Source of the DNA: a virus
Taxonomy: Duplodnaviria > Caudoviricetes
DNA length: 64,000 nucleotides
IMG/VR virus record: IMGVR_UViG_3300025789_000018
Reading direction: 5' to 3' (one strand)
Under the pieces are notes generated by a model. The model worked only from the letters and a program-made list of their open reading frames with translations, did no database searches and had not been told where the DNA came from. Numbering within the stretch: position 1 is the first letter of the stretch; every line of letters begins with the position of its first letter. Both the position numbers and the translations under genes were made by a program. Shown here one piece after another: positions 43,268-53,561 of this stretch.

Positions 43268-44206
43268 TTATGAGTTAGGGAATACAGCGTTATCAGCAGG
43301 ATTTTCAGACTTGATATGCATTGCAACTAGAGATTCATACTGAACACGACCAGCACGACCACCAGCAGTTGCGCTAAAGGTAGCACCAGTTCCAGTAATT
43401 GTACCACCAGTAGCATTAGTAGCCACAATATTTGCTGTTGCGTTAACAGCAAGGAAGCCGTAACCATTAGCAGTAATGTTTAGTGCAAGAGAACCACCAG
43501 TTGAGTTTGTTGTGATAGTTACCGAAGCATTACCACCAGCAGCAGGAGAAGCAATTGTTAGCTTATCTGTGTTGCTGTATCCAGTTGCTGTTCCAGTATA
43601 ACCTACAGCAATGATACCACCAGTACCATTTCTTCTTTCGATCCAACCACCAGTAATAGCTTTTCTGACTGAAGAGTTAGCGCGCTGAGCACGAACTTCA
43701 GTAGCATCAACAGCAAAAACACCAACAGCAACTAGGTTCTGGAAAGCATTAACAGTTGTGTTACCATAAAGAATATCACCACGAACTGATGATGCAAAGT
43801 TTACAGAAAACCCAGTTACAGAAGAGTTACCAGCAGCAGTACCACCAGTCGCGTTAGCGATAGAGAAATTGGCTGTCGCAGCATTAGCTGAGAAAGATCC
43901 TCTCGAAACTGCACCAACCTGCTGAATATATCCAGTAGCATTGGTTACCATTGTGTATGTTGCGTTTGCGTAAGTAACTGCAGGAGCAGCTGCTACTACA
44001 GTGATAATATCTGCGTTGTTATATCCAGAACCAGTCGAGAATGAGTTTACAGTAAACACTGTTCCATTCGACGTTGCTGGATTTGATGGTGAAAATAAAC
44101 CACCAGTGTGTGTATATACGTTAGCGTAATTGATAAAAGATGCATCAATTACACCCTTTGATTTAGGTGCATTATTTGCTTGATCTAGACTACCCCAAGA
44201 TGACAT
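43268..44206 (-). CDS. probable structural protein with TNATGG-type repeats
   Basis: MSSWG..D start, G/T/A/N-rich, GRAGRVQYESLVAM; late-promoter-like CATAAATA upstream. Confidence 0.7.
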   Translation of the reverse strand: MSSWGSLDQANNAPKSKGVIDASFINYANVYTHTGGLFSPSNPATSNGTVFTVNSFSTGSGYNNADIITVVAAAPAVTYANATYTMVTNATGYIQQVGAVSRGSFSANAATANFSIANATGGTAAGNSSVTGFSVNFASSVRGDILYGNTTVNAFQNLVAVGVFAVDATEVRAQRANSSVRKAITGGWIERRNGTGGIIAVGYTGTATGYSNTDKLTIASPAAGGNASVTITTNSTGGSLALNITANGYGFLAVNATANIVATNATGGTITGTGATFSATAGGRAGRVQYESLVAMHIKSENPADNAVFPNS

Positions 44207-44242
44207 TTTAGTTTCTCCTTAATTTCTTTTTCTATTTATGTT

Positions 44243-44446
44243 TTATTTCGGCGAAAGCATATTTACATAATCTGGGTTTTCAGTCAGAGAAATAGTCACC
44301 GCAGGAGTAGTTAGATTCACTTCAATTTTATCTTCATTACGAATAGTTTTAACTGGTTCGCCGTGTTTGGTTAGCTTTATTTCTGTGCCGTTGATTGAGT
44401 CCAGTTTCACTCCAGCAACGATATATTCTTGATCCTTAGTCAACAT
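44243..44446 (-). CDS. hypothetical protein
   Basis: 67 aa from MLTKDQ. Confidence 0.5.
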   Translation of the reverse strand: MLTKDQEYIVAGVKLDSINGTEIKLTKHGEPVKTIRNEDKIEVNLTTPAVTISLTENPDYVNMLSPK

Positions 44447-46139
44447 CTTTGTATCTTGATTCCTCAGCTTCCTTGCGGATATTTGACTTAGCTGCCATAA
44501 CCTGCGCAATTTTGGCTTCTAGAGTCAAGTCTCTTTTTGAGTTAGGATTGAAAGGCGAAAGAACATCTGACTGTGTTTCTTCAGTAGCATTTACTTTAGC
44601 TTTACCTGTGATTGTTTTATCTTTATACATCTTCAAACCTTTGACTCTTTTTTTAACAATAGCTTCTGCTTTATCTCGATCATCAACTGTTTTTGCTTTA
44701 AACACACCATGTTGAGCGCGAACACCCGAATCTGCTGCTTTAGGGAAATACTTTTTAACCAGCATTTCTTTTGAGACTTCAGAAACGTATTCTACACCTT
44801 CAGACATAGATACCAGTTTGCCATTCTTGACATGATAATCTCTTACTGTGCGGTCAGCATGCTCAGTAGCTTCATGTCTACCTTCTTTTCCTTCACCATG
44901 GTATGATACTGGACCTTCGCCAAGGTGTTTGCCCATGTGATAGTGGTGGACTTGATATTCCTGCCAGTCTGGATCGTAGCGAACTTCAGCGTGGTGTCCG
45001 TCTGTACCTTCATGTCTTGAAATTAGACGAGTACCTTTTGTTGGACTATCTCCACGAGGACCCTCGACGATAAACTTGTCTAGGTAAGAAACAGTAGATG
45101 CTACATCTTCCGAGATACCCATTAGTTTACCTGCAGCCTTTGCTGTCTTGTGATATGACCCATCTTCAAAATTATGAATTGTGGTTCCGTCGCGGAAGTG
45201 GTGAAGAGCGTCGCTCTTGCCGTGGATCATTGTTGGCCATGCACCAAGCATAGCAGCAACACCACCCTTTACATGGAGAACGTCGCCATCTTTAATCTTA
45301 CCGCTTGTCTGAGTATGGTCATATACTTCGCCGTGATCCATATGACGAAGGTCATGAACTTTTGGTTCTCTTGCTTGTCTTTCGGTTTTACTCTTTTCAT
45401 CTTGACGACGCATAGTTTCTTTGTCTACTGCATCCATTGTTTTACGAAACATCTTTTGGCGAGCAGCTGGCATTTCAGGCTTTACTGTACCTGGTTTATC
45501 ATCAACATGTTTTAGATGCTTCTTCCAAGTTCCATGAACCCATGCTTTTTTCATTTCGTGAGAAATTTCATTAAGGGGAGCGAACTTGTCTAGATATTTA
45601 ACAGTTTCTGTAATTGCCGAAATTTCTTCATTAACTGACTTTGTTTCTGTTGCTTCCGAAACATCACCATCTGACGTTGCAAGATAGTTATAGATGGTGT
45701 CAACATAGTCCTGAGCAAGAGTCAGCTTTGACTCCACCCAATCAGGAAGTTCTTGATCTGTAGGAATTAGACCCATTAGGTTCTGAGCATTCATCACGAT
45801 GCTCTTTAGCTGATGCATAGCCATTTCGCCATGCTTGTATTCTGAATCTTTGGCTTCAGTTTTTAACGACCCTTTAAATGGTGGCAGTTTTGAACTGCGT
45901 GGCTTAACTTCAATTTCTGCTGGAGTTGGCTTAGACATAGTTACCTTATATGTTCTGCCCGTAGAATCCGTATGAGTTGATGTTTTAGCGCCTTCCATTT
46001 TCTTAGCCATAATTTGCTTATAGAGTTGGTCTCCACCTTCCATGATGGCAGAAACATCTACTCCAGCATACTTTTCAGCGAAATCTTCACTGCTTAGGGT
46101 ATCAATATCATTAAGGATTTCAGCTTTAGTAAATGCCAT
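44436..46139 (-). CDS. large low-complexity probable capsid-internal protein
   Basis: 567 aa; MAxxQL..I...A..L.......LP.WVxSKLT.A.DY...YL block; many (I/L/V/M)xE sites. Confidence 0.65.
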   Translation of the reverse strand: MAFTKAEILNDIDTLSSEDFAEKYAGVDVSAIMEGGDQLYKQIMAKKMEGAKTSTHTDSTGRTYKVTMSKPTPAEIEVKPRSSKLPPFKGSLKTEAKDSEYKHGEMAMHQLKSIVMNAQNLMGLIPTDQELPDWVESKLTLAQDYVDTIYNYLATSDGDVSEATETKSVNEEISAITETVKYLDKFAPLNEISHEMKKAWVHGTWKKHLKHVDDKPGTVKPEMPAARQKMFRKTMDAVDKETMRRQDEKSKTERQAREPKVHDLRHMDHGEVYDHTQTSGKIKDGDVLHVKGGVAAMLGAWPTMIHGKSDALHHFRDGTTIHNFEDGSYHKTAKAAGKLMGISEDVASTVSYLDKFIVEGPRGDSPTKGTRLISRHEGTDGHHAEVRYDPDWQEYQVHHYHMGKHLGEGPVSYHGEGKEGRHEATEHADRTVRDYHVKNGKLVSMSEGVEYVSEVSKEMLVKKYFPKAADSGVRAQHGVFKAKTVDDRDKAEAIVKKRVKGLKMYKDKTITGKAKVNATEETQSDVLSPFNPNSKRDLTLEAKIAQVMAAKSNIRKEAEESRYKDVD

Positions 46140-46190
46140 GTTCGTTCTCCGAGTGTGTAGGTATTTTGTTATATTTATAAAAAAAGGATG

Positions 46191-46646
46191 TTATCTATTC
46201 TTAATTGTGGCTTTAAACATCCATTGATGCTTATTATGGATGTCAATTCTGTCTTGCAAGAAATTTGCCACACCAACCTCACCTACTTGTTCGGCTAACT
46301 TCTGCGATACTTTTAATCTAGAAATGACCTTATCGTTGTCTTCAGCCAGCTGTTTGATCATATCAAGACCAGTTTCTGGGAATCCAGTTTCGTCTTTTAT
46401 AACAGTAAGTTCAGAATATCTACTGAATGATCCTGGAGCGTATTCTCCAATAGCTCTAATGTGCTCAGCAATAGCATCAACTGCTTCCCATAGCTCATTA
46501 TAGATATCATCCAGAAACTTATGATACTCGTAGAAGTTTTCGCCTTCGACATTCCAATGATAGTTGTGTGTCTTAAGATACAAGGCAAATGTATCTGCTA
46601 AATTCATTCTTAAGTCATCGCCTAATTGTGACATTATTTTCTCCAT
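46191..46646 (-). CDS. dps: Dps (DNA-binding ferritin-like protein)
   Basis: LYLKTHNYHWNVEG..F...H..LD..Y.E.....D.IAE.IRA.G, HxKHxWM. Confidence 0.93.
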   Translation of the reverse strand: MEKIMSQLGDDLRMNLADTFALYLKTHNYHWNVEGENFYEYHKFLDDIYNELWEAVDAIAEHIRAIGEYAPGSFSRYSELTVIKDETGFPETGLDMIKQLAEDNDKVISRLKVSQKLAEQVGEVGVANFLQDRIDIHNKHQWMFKATIKNR

Positions 46647-47821
46647 TTTCCACGAATAGCTCTTCCTGTTGTATTCACAGCACGACCTGATGTTGTAACT
46701 AAACGTCTACCAGCAGGAGATGTTGATCCAGTATTTGGATTTGGTGGAGTAGGAGCAGCAGCAGGCGGTCTTTTTGGTTTAGTTGGTGTTGGTGGTGTGG
46801 GTGTTGGGTTCGCTGTTGGTGGCGTTCCCATAACAGGTTTAGCTGGTTTTGTCTTTACTGTTGGTGATGTTGGTTTGGGTGGCTGTTCTGTAGTTGCTGG
46901 TGCTGCAGATTTAGCTGCAAGTTTCTTTCTAGCAACCTCAGCCTTCGCAGCAACATCAGGATGAATAGTAACAGGCGATCCTGCAGTTTGTGTTCTTTTT
47001 GAAGCAGGTCTTTCTGGAGTTACTAGCTTTCTTGCTGCGATAGATTTTTCAATTTCTTTAGCCGTGTCTACTTTAATCTTACCGCGCTCAGCATGTGCTG
47101 CTGTTCTGGCTGCATTAGTAGCCACAACTTGATTTAATTGTGCTTCTCTTTTCGTTTGGTCTTGCTTATGTCTAGCTCTTTGCAGTCTTGATCTTGACAA
47201 AGCAGCTCTGGCAGCAGTCTTTAACCTTAGAGCAGCAGCTGCTTCTCGTTCAGCTTGTCTTGCTTCACGTTTTTTCGCATCAACGCTCAATGATGTTTGT
47301 GTAGACGTTTCGCGTTCTTTCATTCTTTCTGCGCGTTTTTGTGCCTCAGCATCACTTCTCATTTTAATATTCGCTGCTTTTCTAGCTTCTCTATCAGCAA
47401 TTGCAGAAGAACTGATATCAGTTTTTGCTTTATGCTGTCCTAATTTAACATCAGAAAGAGCTTTGTTTAATTCTAATTTAGATTTTTGTTTGCCGTGGAA
47501 AGAAGTATCTCTTTCTGCATTGGCGCTGCTTCTTAATTTGGCAGCAGCTTCTCTATCTGCAGCACTTATCCCAACTTTACTTTGGTGATGCTGAAGTTTG
47601 ATATCATGAATATCTTTAGTATGCTGAAGGCGCGCATTAAGTCTTTCTTTATATGCCTTTTCTTTATCAGTAGGTTTCTTGCGGAAAGGAGAAGCCAGTA
47701 CTGATCCAAGTTTTTTAGCACCTTTAACTACGGATCCAGCGAATCGGCCATTTGTTTTTGATGCATTAACAAAACTAATGGCTTCTAATAGACGCTGGCC
47801 TTTATTTTTATCTTCAATCAT
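46634..47821 (-). CDS. very basic Ala/Lys/Arg-rich protein with Pro/Thr-rich tail (possible internal DNA-condensing protein)
   Basis: Composition; LLE processing-like site near the N-terminus. Confidence 0.6.
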   Translation of the reverse strand: MIEDKNKGQRLLEAISFVNASKTNGRFAGSVVKGAKKLGSVLASPFRKKPTDKEKAYKERLNARLQHTKDIHDIKLQHHQSKVGISAADREAAAKLRSSANAERDTSFHGKQKSKLELNKALSDVKLGQHKAKTDISSSAIADREARKAANIKMRSDAEAQKRAERMKERETSTQTSLSVDAKKREARQAEREAAAALRLKTAARAALSRSRLQRARHKQDQTKREAQLNQVVATNAARTAAHAERGKIKVDTAKEIEKSIAARKLVTPERPASKRTQTAGSPVTIHPDVAAKAEVARKKLAAKSAAPATTEQPPKPTSPTVKTKPAKPVMGTPPTANPTPTPPTPTKPKRPPAAAPTPPNPNTGSTSPAGRRLVTTSGRAVNTTGRAIRGKWRK

Positions 47822-49047
47822 TTCTTGACATATCCCTTGATTCTATTCATTGGTTTTCTAGGTTTAACTGGATCGTTATTCATACCAGCTTCATCACCAA
47901 CAGATAGCTTTCCACCAGGGCCAGCATTACCAGCGAAAGGAACACCACCTCCCATAAAACTTTCTTGACTATACATTCCTTTGCCTGATACAAAATACTT
48001 ACCAGTAGCAGGATCTAATCCAACAACACCGCCATAATATTTGGCCCATTTTCTTGCTGTTTCTAGATTAGAAAATAGTCTACCTTTATTTGGTTTATCG
48101 CTACCAGAATCTTCTTTAACTAGACCATCTTTGGGGCATTTCTTTTTACCATGCTTGGGGCAAGATACACCAGCAGGAGTATGCATGCATGGAGTTGTGT
48201 CTGGAAATTTATCTTGATACTCGCTACCGTATTGGTTCTCGCTACCAGCGGAACCATCAAGATCAGTGAATCCCTCTTTTACTGCCTTACACTTATCACA
48301 ACCGCAAGGCTTTTTTGGCTTTCTTTGTCCACCAAGAGTTTCTGAATTATTCGCAGAAATCCCGCCCATGCCTTCAGCCTGAGCGGGTTCATTCATTTCT
48401 TCGCCGTACATGATACTCTCAACTGCACGAACTAATCTTGCTTGACGGCGACGAGGCATTTGGTCGCCTGCTGGAGTTAAATCTGGTCTATCAGCAACCA
48501 TCTTGTCTGCGCCTAGAAGATGCATTGCCTCATTTTCTTTTGGTCTTGTGAAAGGAACAACAGGTCTGTCTGGAGTTCTTAATTGTTTCTTTCTACGCTC
48601 TTCTCCAGGTTCTTTTGTTGTTGACTTAATTGGTGATTGTCCTGGAGTATCTTTGGCATAAGCATTGACTAGATCAACAGTACCCATTCCACGTTTAATA
48701 GAAGCATCAGTAGCTTCATTAGTATTTCTTGTGGTTGTCTTTACTGGATCAACTCCTGGGGTTGTTCCTTCTTTAGATCTTTTTTCAGAATCAAGAACAT
48801 TTTTTGGAGAGTGTCCACTTAATGCAGTTTTAGTTCTTGCCTGTAGACTAGTATTTTTTTCTGGTCTTTTCTTAGGAAGTTCTGGAGTTTGTGATAGTCT
48901 ATCTTCACCTAAAGGATCGTACGATTCAGTTCTTCTATTATCAATAGTAGGATTAATGATGATGGGTTCTTTCTTTTCTCCGGTCATGGTAAGTCCGCCC
49001 TTACCACTCTGAAGAATCATTAATACCTTGTCTAGAAGTTTACCCAT
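47818..49047 (-). CDS. hypothetical low-complexity late protein
   Basis: 409 aa; LVNAYAKDTPGQ motif; CPKHG repeat; several xKE/xxE sites. Confidence 0.6.
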   Translation of the reverse strand: MGKLLDKVLMILQSGKGGLTMTGEKKEPIIINPTIDNRRTESYDPLGEDRLSQTPELPKKRPEKNTSLQARTKTALSGHSPKNVLDSEKRSKEGTTPGVDPVKTTTRNTNEATDASIKRGMGTVDLVNAYAKDTPGQSPIKSTTKEPGEERRKKQLRTPDRPVVPFTRPKENEAMHLLGADKMVADRPDLTPAGDQMPRRRQARLVRAVESIMYGEEMNEPAQAEGMGGISANNSETLGGQRKPKKPCGCDKCKAVKEGFTDLDGSAGSENQYGSEYQDKFPDTTPCMHTPAGVSCPKHGKKKCPKDGLVKEDSGSDKPNKGRLFSNLETARKWAKYYGGVVGLDPATGKYFVSGKGMYSQESFMGGGVPFAGNAGPGGKLSVGDEAGMNNDPVKPRKPMNRIKGYVKK

Positions 49048-49056
49048 CTCTTATCC

Positions 49057-49674
49057 TTATATTCTTTTTATTGTTATAGTAGTTTTGCCTGTTTCAGAAT
49101 TATGGTGAACATGATGTGCAGTAAATTTAACTTTGGGATATTCTTTTTTCAAACTTAAGAAACTATCTAGATTAGCTTCATCGTCATCATATAAATGCAC
49201 ACTTGTAAGTCCTCTTTCTTTAATTTGGTCTGAAACAATCTTCTTCTTAGCCTCTGGTGTAGGCATATCCAAATTGCCTGCTCTCCGTACATGTATCTTA
49301 TTTATATCTATTCCATATTTCTTAAAATGATCAGCAAAAGTTTGCTTATCGTCTAAGTCAGGACGAGCGGTCAAGAACTGAGCATCACCACCAGTATGTT
49401 GTAGTAGCTTGACCTTCGCTATGATCTTGCGAATTGGTCTAGATTCTGCAAACTTCTTTGCGCTACTAAATTCACTAAAGTCTAAATGATGCCCTGGCTC
49501 TTTCTTATATGTTGTGTATTCATACGGAGTCAAAGATTTAATATGATTTCCATTTGCATCATATACTTGAACTCTTACAGCATTAGGTCCATATGATGGG
49601 TCAAAGGTTGTGCCATCTATGTCAAAATAATGCGCAGCAGCATGCTCGCTAAAGAAATCAGTGAAGATTTTCAT
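49057..49674 (-). CDS. HAD-superfamily phosphatase-like protein with CTS-like N-terminus
   Basis: FDIDGT motif I, FLTARP motif II, YDDDEANL motif IV; starts MKIFTDFFSE. Confidence 0.7.
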   Translation of the reverse strand: MKIFTDFFSEHAAAHYFDIDGTTFDPSYGPNAVRVQVYDANGNHIKSLTPYEYTTYKKEPGHHLDFSEFSSAKKFAESRPIRKIIAKVKLLQHTGGDAQFLTARPDLDDKQTFADHFKKYGIDINKIHVRRAGNLDMPTPEAKKKIVSDQIKERGLTSVHLYDDDEANLDSFLSLKKEYPKVKFTAHHVHHNSETGKTTITIKRI

Positions 49675-49688
49675 TATAACCTCAATTA

Positions 49689-50240
49689 TTAGTCAACACT
49701 ATTTAGGTTAAACCAGTCTGGGACGGGTCGATTCTTCCAAGAATGCATGGATTTCTTACCTTTTATGTAGTAATTTCGGTAATTTACAACAGGATCATCG
49801 CTAATGATATATTCTTGATCCATACAAGAAGGCATGGGAGTCATAGGCCATTCTTTAATATTTTCAGGAATAGCTTCTAGGTGATATGCCAGTTTTTCGA
49901 TAGTTGCATGAATCTTGCCGTATCGATAAGTATATTCTTCACCAAGAGCAACAAAGTGCTCATACAACCAAATATAGTTGCGCACAGATTCTCGGCACCA
50001 AACCGCACTAGGATGGTTTACGTGAGTTGCTGAGTATAGATGCTCTTCCCTTGCATCATATAGCTTCCATCGTTTTGCTTTACGACCTGTTTTAGATTGG
50101 CCTTCATATTCTACACCATCCACAACACGATGAGCAGTAGAAAGAAGCTGTGCAGATTCCAGAATCATCTTAACAACATGGCGGTCTACCATGTTTTGCG
50201 CTGCAACAACAGGGTCAGTATCAATATAAAAAATATTCAC
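49689..50240 (-). CDS. pyrimidine-dimer DNA glycosylase (DenV)-family protein
   Basis: MNIFY.D.DP..AA....D.HVVKMILESAQLLSTAH, Y.ATH.NHPS.VW.R. Confidence 0.8.
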   Translation of the reverse strand: MNIFYIDTDPVVAAQNMVDRHVVKMILESAQLLSTAHRVVDGVEYEGQSKTGRKAKRWKLYDAREEHLYSATHVNHPSAVWCRESVRNYIWLYEHFVALGEEYTYRYGKIHATIEKLAYHLEAIPENIKEWPMTPMPSCMDQEYIISDDPVVNYRNYYIKGKKSMHSWKNRPVPDWFNLNSVD

Positions 50241-50283
50241 AGGATACTCCTAACATAATTAGAAGCCCATTATAAACTAACTG

Positions 50284-50841
50284 TCAATAAAAGTCAACTA
50301 TCTCGTCAGCTATACCGTATTTGACAGCTTCTTTAGCTGACAACCAACGATCTTCAGGAGGAAGAAGATATTCACGAACTTCTTTTTCTGTCAGTCCTGT
50401 ACACTTTTTATAATGTTCAAGAATTCTAACACTGACCAAATTAAATTCTTTCATCTTAGCAAACAGCTCATGCTCTTTATCCCAAGCAAATCCTGTATAC
50501 TGGTGGCTAAGAATTGATGTGTTTCTTGTAATAAATCTTTTACCCTTGGCACCAGCCATAAACGTAAGCAAACCACAACTAGCAATTAGCCCAAGACCAT
50601 ATGTATGAATAGGAACCCTAGAACCTTTGATAGTATCAATCAAAGCAAATGCACTAGGAACCTCACCGCCTGGAGAATTAATTAGTAGCTTAATTTCCTT
50701 TGGTCTTTTTGGAGCTAGATTGCGCTCAAGAATAAACTTAATTAGTTCTCCAGTAGAAGACGAGGTAAAGTCGCTATTGAACAAATAATAATTATGCCGT
50801 TCTAATGATGGAATTTCGTTGTTCTTGGTTTCTATATTCAT
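50284..50841 (-). CDS. clpP: ClpP-like serine protease
   Basis: LLINSPGG, GLIASCG (Ser), SILSHQ (His), DRWLSA.EA..YGIAD.I. Confidence 0.9.
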   Translation of the reverse strand: MNIETKNNEIPSLERHNYYLFNSDFTSSSTGELIKFILERNLAPKRPKEIKLLINSPGGEVPSAFALIDTIKGSRVPIHTYGLGLIASCGLLTFMAGAKGKRFITRNTSILSHQYTGFAWDKEHELFAKMKEFNLVSVRILEHYKKCTGLTEKEVREYLLPPEDRWLSAKEAVKYGIADEIVDFY

Positions 50842-50999
50842 GGATTCTCTTTCTCAATCAATTTTTCAACGACCCAGCCGCGCTGCGGATCGAAGTATGT
50901 GTTACAATGTTGTAGATTATTTTGATCAATTGCCACAAACATATCTTCTTTATTTTTAAAGCAATAAACTTCACGAGCAGCGTTTTCGGGATATACCAT
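50838..50999 (-). CDS. hypothetical protein
   Basis: Manual translation MVYPENAA..., 53 aa. Confidence 0.45.
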   Translation of the reverse strand: MVYPENAAREVYCFKNKEDMFVAIDQNNLQHCNTYFDPQRGWVVEKLIEKENP

Positions 51000-51010
51000 A
51001 ATACTTTCCT

Positions 51011-51463
51011 TTATTGGATGGTTTCAACATTTCTAACGGCATGATCTGCAGCTTTACTTGCGCACCATGCGTCAGGCTTTAGCACGGGATCAAACCCGAA
51101 CATTCCTCTAACGTACCCCAATGCTTCTTTTACAGCAATTGAAGATTTGTGTTTTGGATTTGGATTAATATCTAAATGTATAGAAAGCGGGCGGTCACCC
51201 ATAACCTCAATTAGTTCTGAGGCAAGTTCGGTTACATAACTGACTTCAGTCATTAACCTCATTTTTAGATTTCCATAATCTGGAATTGTTCTAACATCAT
51301 GAAATAATTTACATCCATGTTTACTGTCCACATGAAGAACGATAACAGTGCAATATCTGGCGTACCAGACGTCTTTCTTTTTGAACCTAATAGAATCACA
51401 ACCAATATAGACTGATGATTCTTTAGAAGAATTTAATATTGCAATTTTGGCTTCTTCGATCAT
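51011..51463 (-). CDS. RNase H-like (YkuK family) protein
   Basis: VYIGCDS, RLMTEV, IHLDINP, KPDAW.AS.AAD. Confidence 0.8.
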   Translation of the reverse strand: MIEEAKIAILNSSKESSVYIGCDSIRFKKKDVWYARYCTVIVLHVDSKHGCKLFHDVRTIPDYGNLKMRLMTEVSYVTELASELIEVMGDRPLSIHLDINPNPKHKSSIAVKEALGYVRGMFGFDPVLKPDAWCASKAADHAVRNVETIQ

Positions 51464-51475
51464 AATATATAGCTT

Positions 51476-51946
51476 TCATTCTATTTTAAAGTTTTTGTAC
51501 TCTGTATATTGTTTTTTGAACAAAGTGAACAATTTCTTTTCATTAGAAAATGCCTCAATTTCCCAAGGCATGTTTAGATATTCATTGTGGTTTTTATCAT
51601 CAGCAATATACGTTTTCTTTTTCCATTTGTAAGAAAGACCTTTACCATCCTTTAGTTCAGAAAGAGCATACTGTTTAAGGTGTATGATTTCATGAGCCAA
51701 AGTAACCAAGGCAGAAGCAACATTTCCATCTTTCAACAATTCTATCTCAAATACTCTTGGCTTATAGTTATAGTCATCTAGATACGTGCAATAACCTAAA
51801 GCGTCAAGCCCAGACTTTATACGAATGTCTAATTTAATATTCTTCGAAAGTCTTTCTGAGATATACTGACGAACATAAAACTCAGCCGCCGCCTTTAATA
51901 CTTTACGGAGTTCGTAGTTTCTTGTTCCAGTAACTGAAATGTTCAT
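51476..51946 (-). CDS. HExxH zinc-metallopeptidase-like protein
   Basis: TLAHEIIHLKQY, PWEIEA. Confidence 0.7.
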   Translation of the reverse strand: MNISVTGTRNYELRKVLKAAAEFYVRQYISERLSKNIKLDIRIKSGLDALGYCTYLDDYNYKPRVFEIELLKDGNVASALVTLAHEIIHLKQYALSELKDGKGLSYKWKKKTYIADDKNHNEYLNMPWEIEAFSNEKKLFTLFKKQYTEYKNFKIE

Positions 51947-52137
51947 TGCTCAAACAATTTTTTATATGATAAGTCTAAAAAGAAATTTGGAGTGTATCCA
52001 GCAAATCCGCAATTTTTGTGCAGTTTTGCTATTACTGATATTGCTTCTTTTCTACTATCAGAAGAGAAAATAACACGATCAGTTTTTGTTTCTACAACTG
52101 TAGTTTTACCTTTATTCGTATTTAGTGTGTAATTCAT
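51943..52137 (-). CDS. hypothetical protein
   Basis: 64 aa; GFAGYTPNFF motif seen after gp41 in T4-like phages. Confidence 0.6.
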   Translation of the reverse strand: MNYTLNTNKGKTTVVETKTDRVIFSSDSRKEAISVIAKLHKNCGFAGYTPNFFLDLSYKKLFEQ

Positions 52138-53561
52138 TTAAGTTTTAACCCAGCAAAATCCCTCTTAGCAACACCTCGGCTCATGAATTTATCTTCAGTT
52201 CCGAATGAGCTGTTGTCCATTACTGGAGTGTCATTCTTCTTACCCTTGTATTTAGGTTCTGACATAACTTGATCTTGTGCATGAGACTCAACATCATAAA
52301 GTTTCATCTTTGCTCGTTCAATCCCAATAACAAACCGCTTATCTTTATTAACGTCATTATATCGATTCTTAAGCTGGATAACCATCATCTGACCAATAGC
52401 TTCCATGTCTTCATTAGAAACCAGGGCAAACATCATATCTGCAGTCGCAGGAAGTCCGAAAGATTCACTTGTGTTCTCAAGACCAGGATCACTATTAGAG
52501 TAACCATCACGATTGGTTTGTGTTGCTGTGAAGATAGGAACATTATATTCTACAGCGAGTCCACGAATTTCTTCAGCGATGGCTTTAATGTAAGAATACG
52601 TGTTGATACTAGACCCCAACTTCAAACGCATCGACATACAGATATTGATATAGTCGATGTAAATGACATCAGGAAGAAAGTTCTTCTTGATCTTCAGCTC
52701 ATTGATAAGGTGGCGGAAATGCCCAGCACCTGCAGCTGAAGTTGGATACTCCTTAACAATAAGACGACCATTAGTCTTTTTCTTTAGATTTTCTATCTTC
52801 TTCAGATAAGATTCTTTAGGAAGCTCATGAAGTTCATCCATAGTCAAGTTAAGGCGATTAGCGTCAATACGTTCGGCGATACGTTCTTCAGCCATTTCCA
52901 TGGTAATATACAGAACATTCTTACCCAACGAAAGATGGCCAGCCGCGCAATGAGTCATGAACAAAGTTTTACCAACGCCAGTACCAGCCAGAATAACATT
53001 CAAAGACTTCTTGGGAATACCTCCGCGAGTAATCTTATTGAACATCTCAAGGTCAAATTCTAGCTTAGATTCTGCCTTATGATAGAACTCATAACGATCT
53101 TCAGCATTCTCAAGAAAATCGTGACCGATGCTAGTATCAAATGACACACTCAATGCATCGGTCAGGATTTGTGGGATAGCACCCTTGTCTTTCTTGTCTT
53201 TGTTGCCACCATCAATAATAGTAATTGATTCACGGATCGCATTGAAAATGGCGCGATCTTGACAATACTTCTCAGTCTGATCAACCAACCACTGCTGGTC
53301 AACCTTCGGATCATCTTGTATTTTATCAATAGTTTCAATTACTTCTTTATATTGATCTTCATTTACACTGAGCTTATCGACCTCAAGCATAAGTGTGACC
53401 TTGTTGGGCACACTGTTGTAAGCATCAATAAAATTCTTGACCACATTGAATAGAATCTTATTCGAAGGTGTAACAAAATACTCCTCTTTCAAGAAAGGCA
53501 AAACCTTACGGCAAAATTCATCATTAGTAACAATATGGTTAAGAATTGTTTCTTCAATCAT
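52134..53561 (-). CDS. 41: replicative DNA helicase (gp41)
   Basis: LAGTGVGKTL, YITMEMAEERIAERID, KEYPT, IDYINI, ATQTNR, SESFGLPATAD, KNRY. Confidence 0.97.
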   Translation of the reverse strand: MIEETILNHIVTNDEFCRKVLPFLKEEYFVTPSNKILFNVVKNFIDAYNSVPNKVTLMLEVDKLSVNEDQYKEVIETIDKIQDDPKVDQQWLVDQTEKYCQDRAIFNAIRESITIIDGGNKDKKDKGAIPQILTDALSVSFDTSIGHDFLENAEDRYEFYHKAESKLEFDLEMFNKITRGGIPKKSLNVILAGTGVGKTLFMTHCAAGHLSLGKNVLYITMEMAEERIAERIDANRLNLTMDELHELPKESYLKKIENLKKKTNGRLIVKEYPTSAAGAGHFRHLINELKIKKNFLPDVIYIDYINICMSMRLKLGSSINTYSYIKAIAEEIRGLAVEYNVPIFTATQTNRDGYSNSDPGLENTSESFGLPATADMMFALVSNEDMEAIGQMMVIQLKNRYNDVNKDKRFVIGIERAKMKLYDVESHAQDQVMSEPKYKGKKNDTPVMDNSSFGTEDKFMSRGVAKRDFAGLKLK

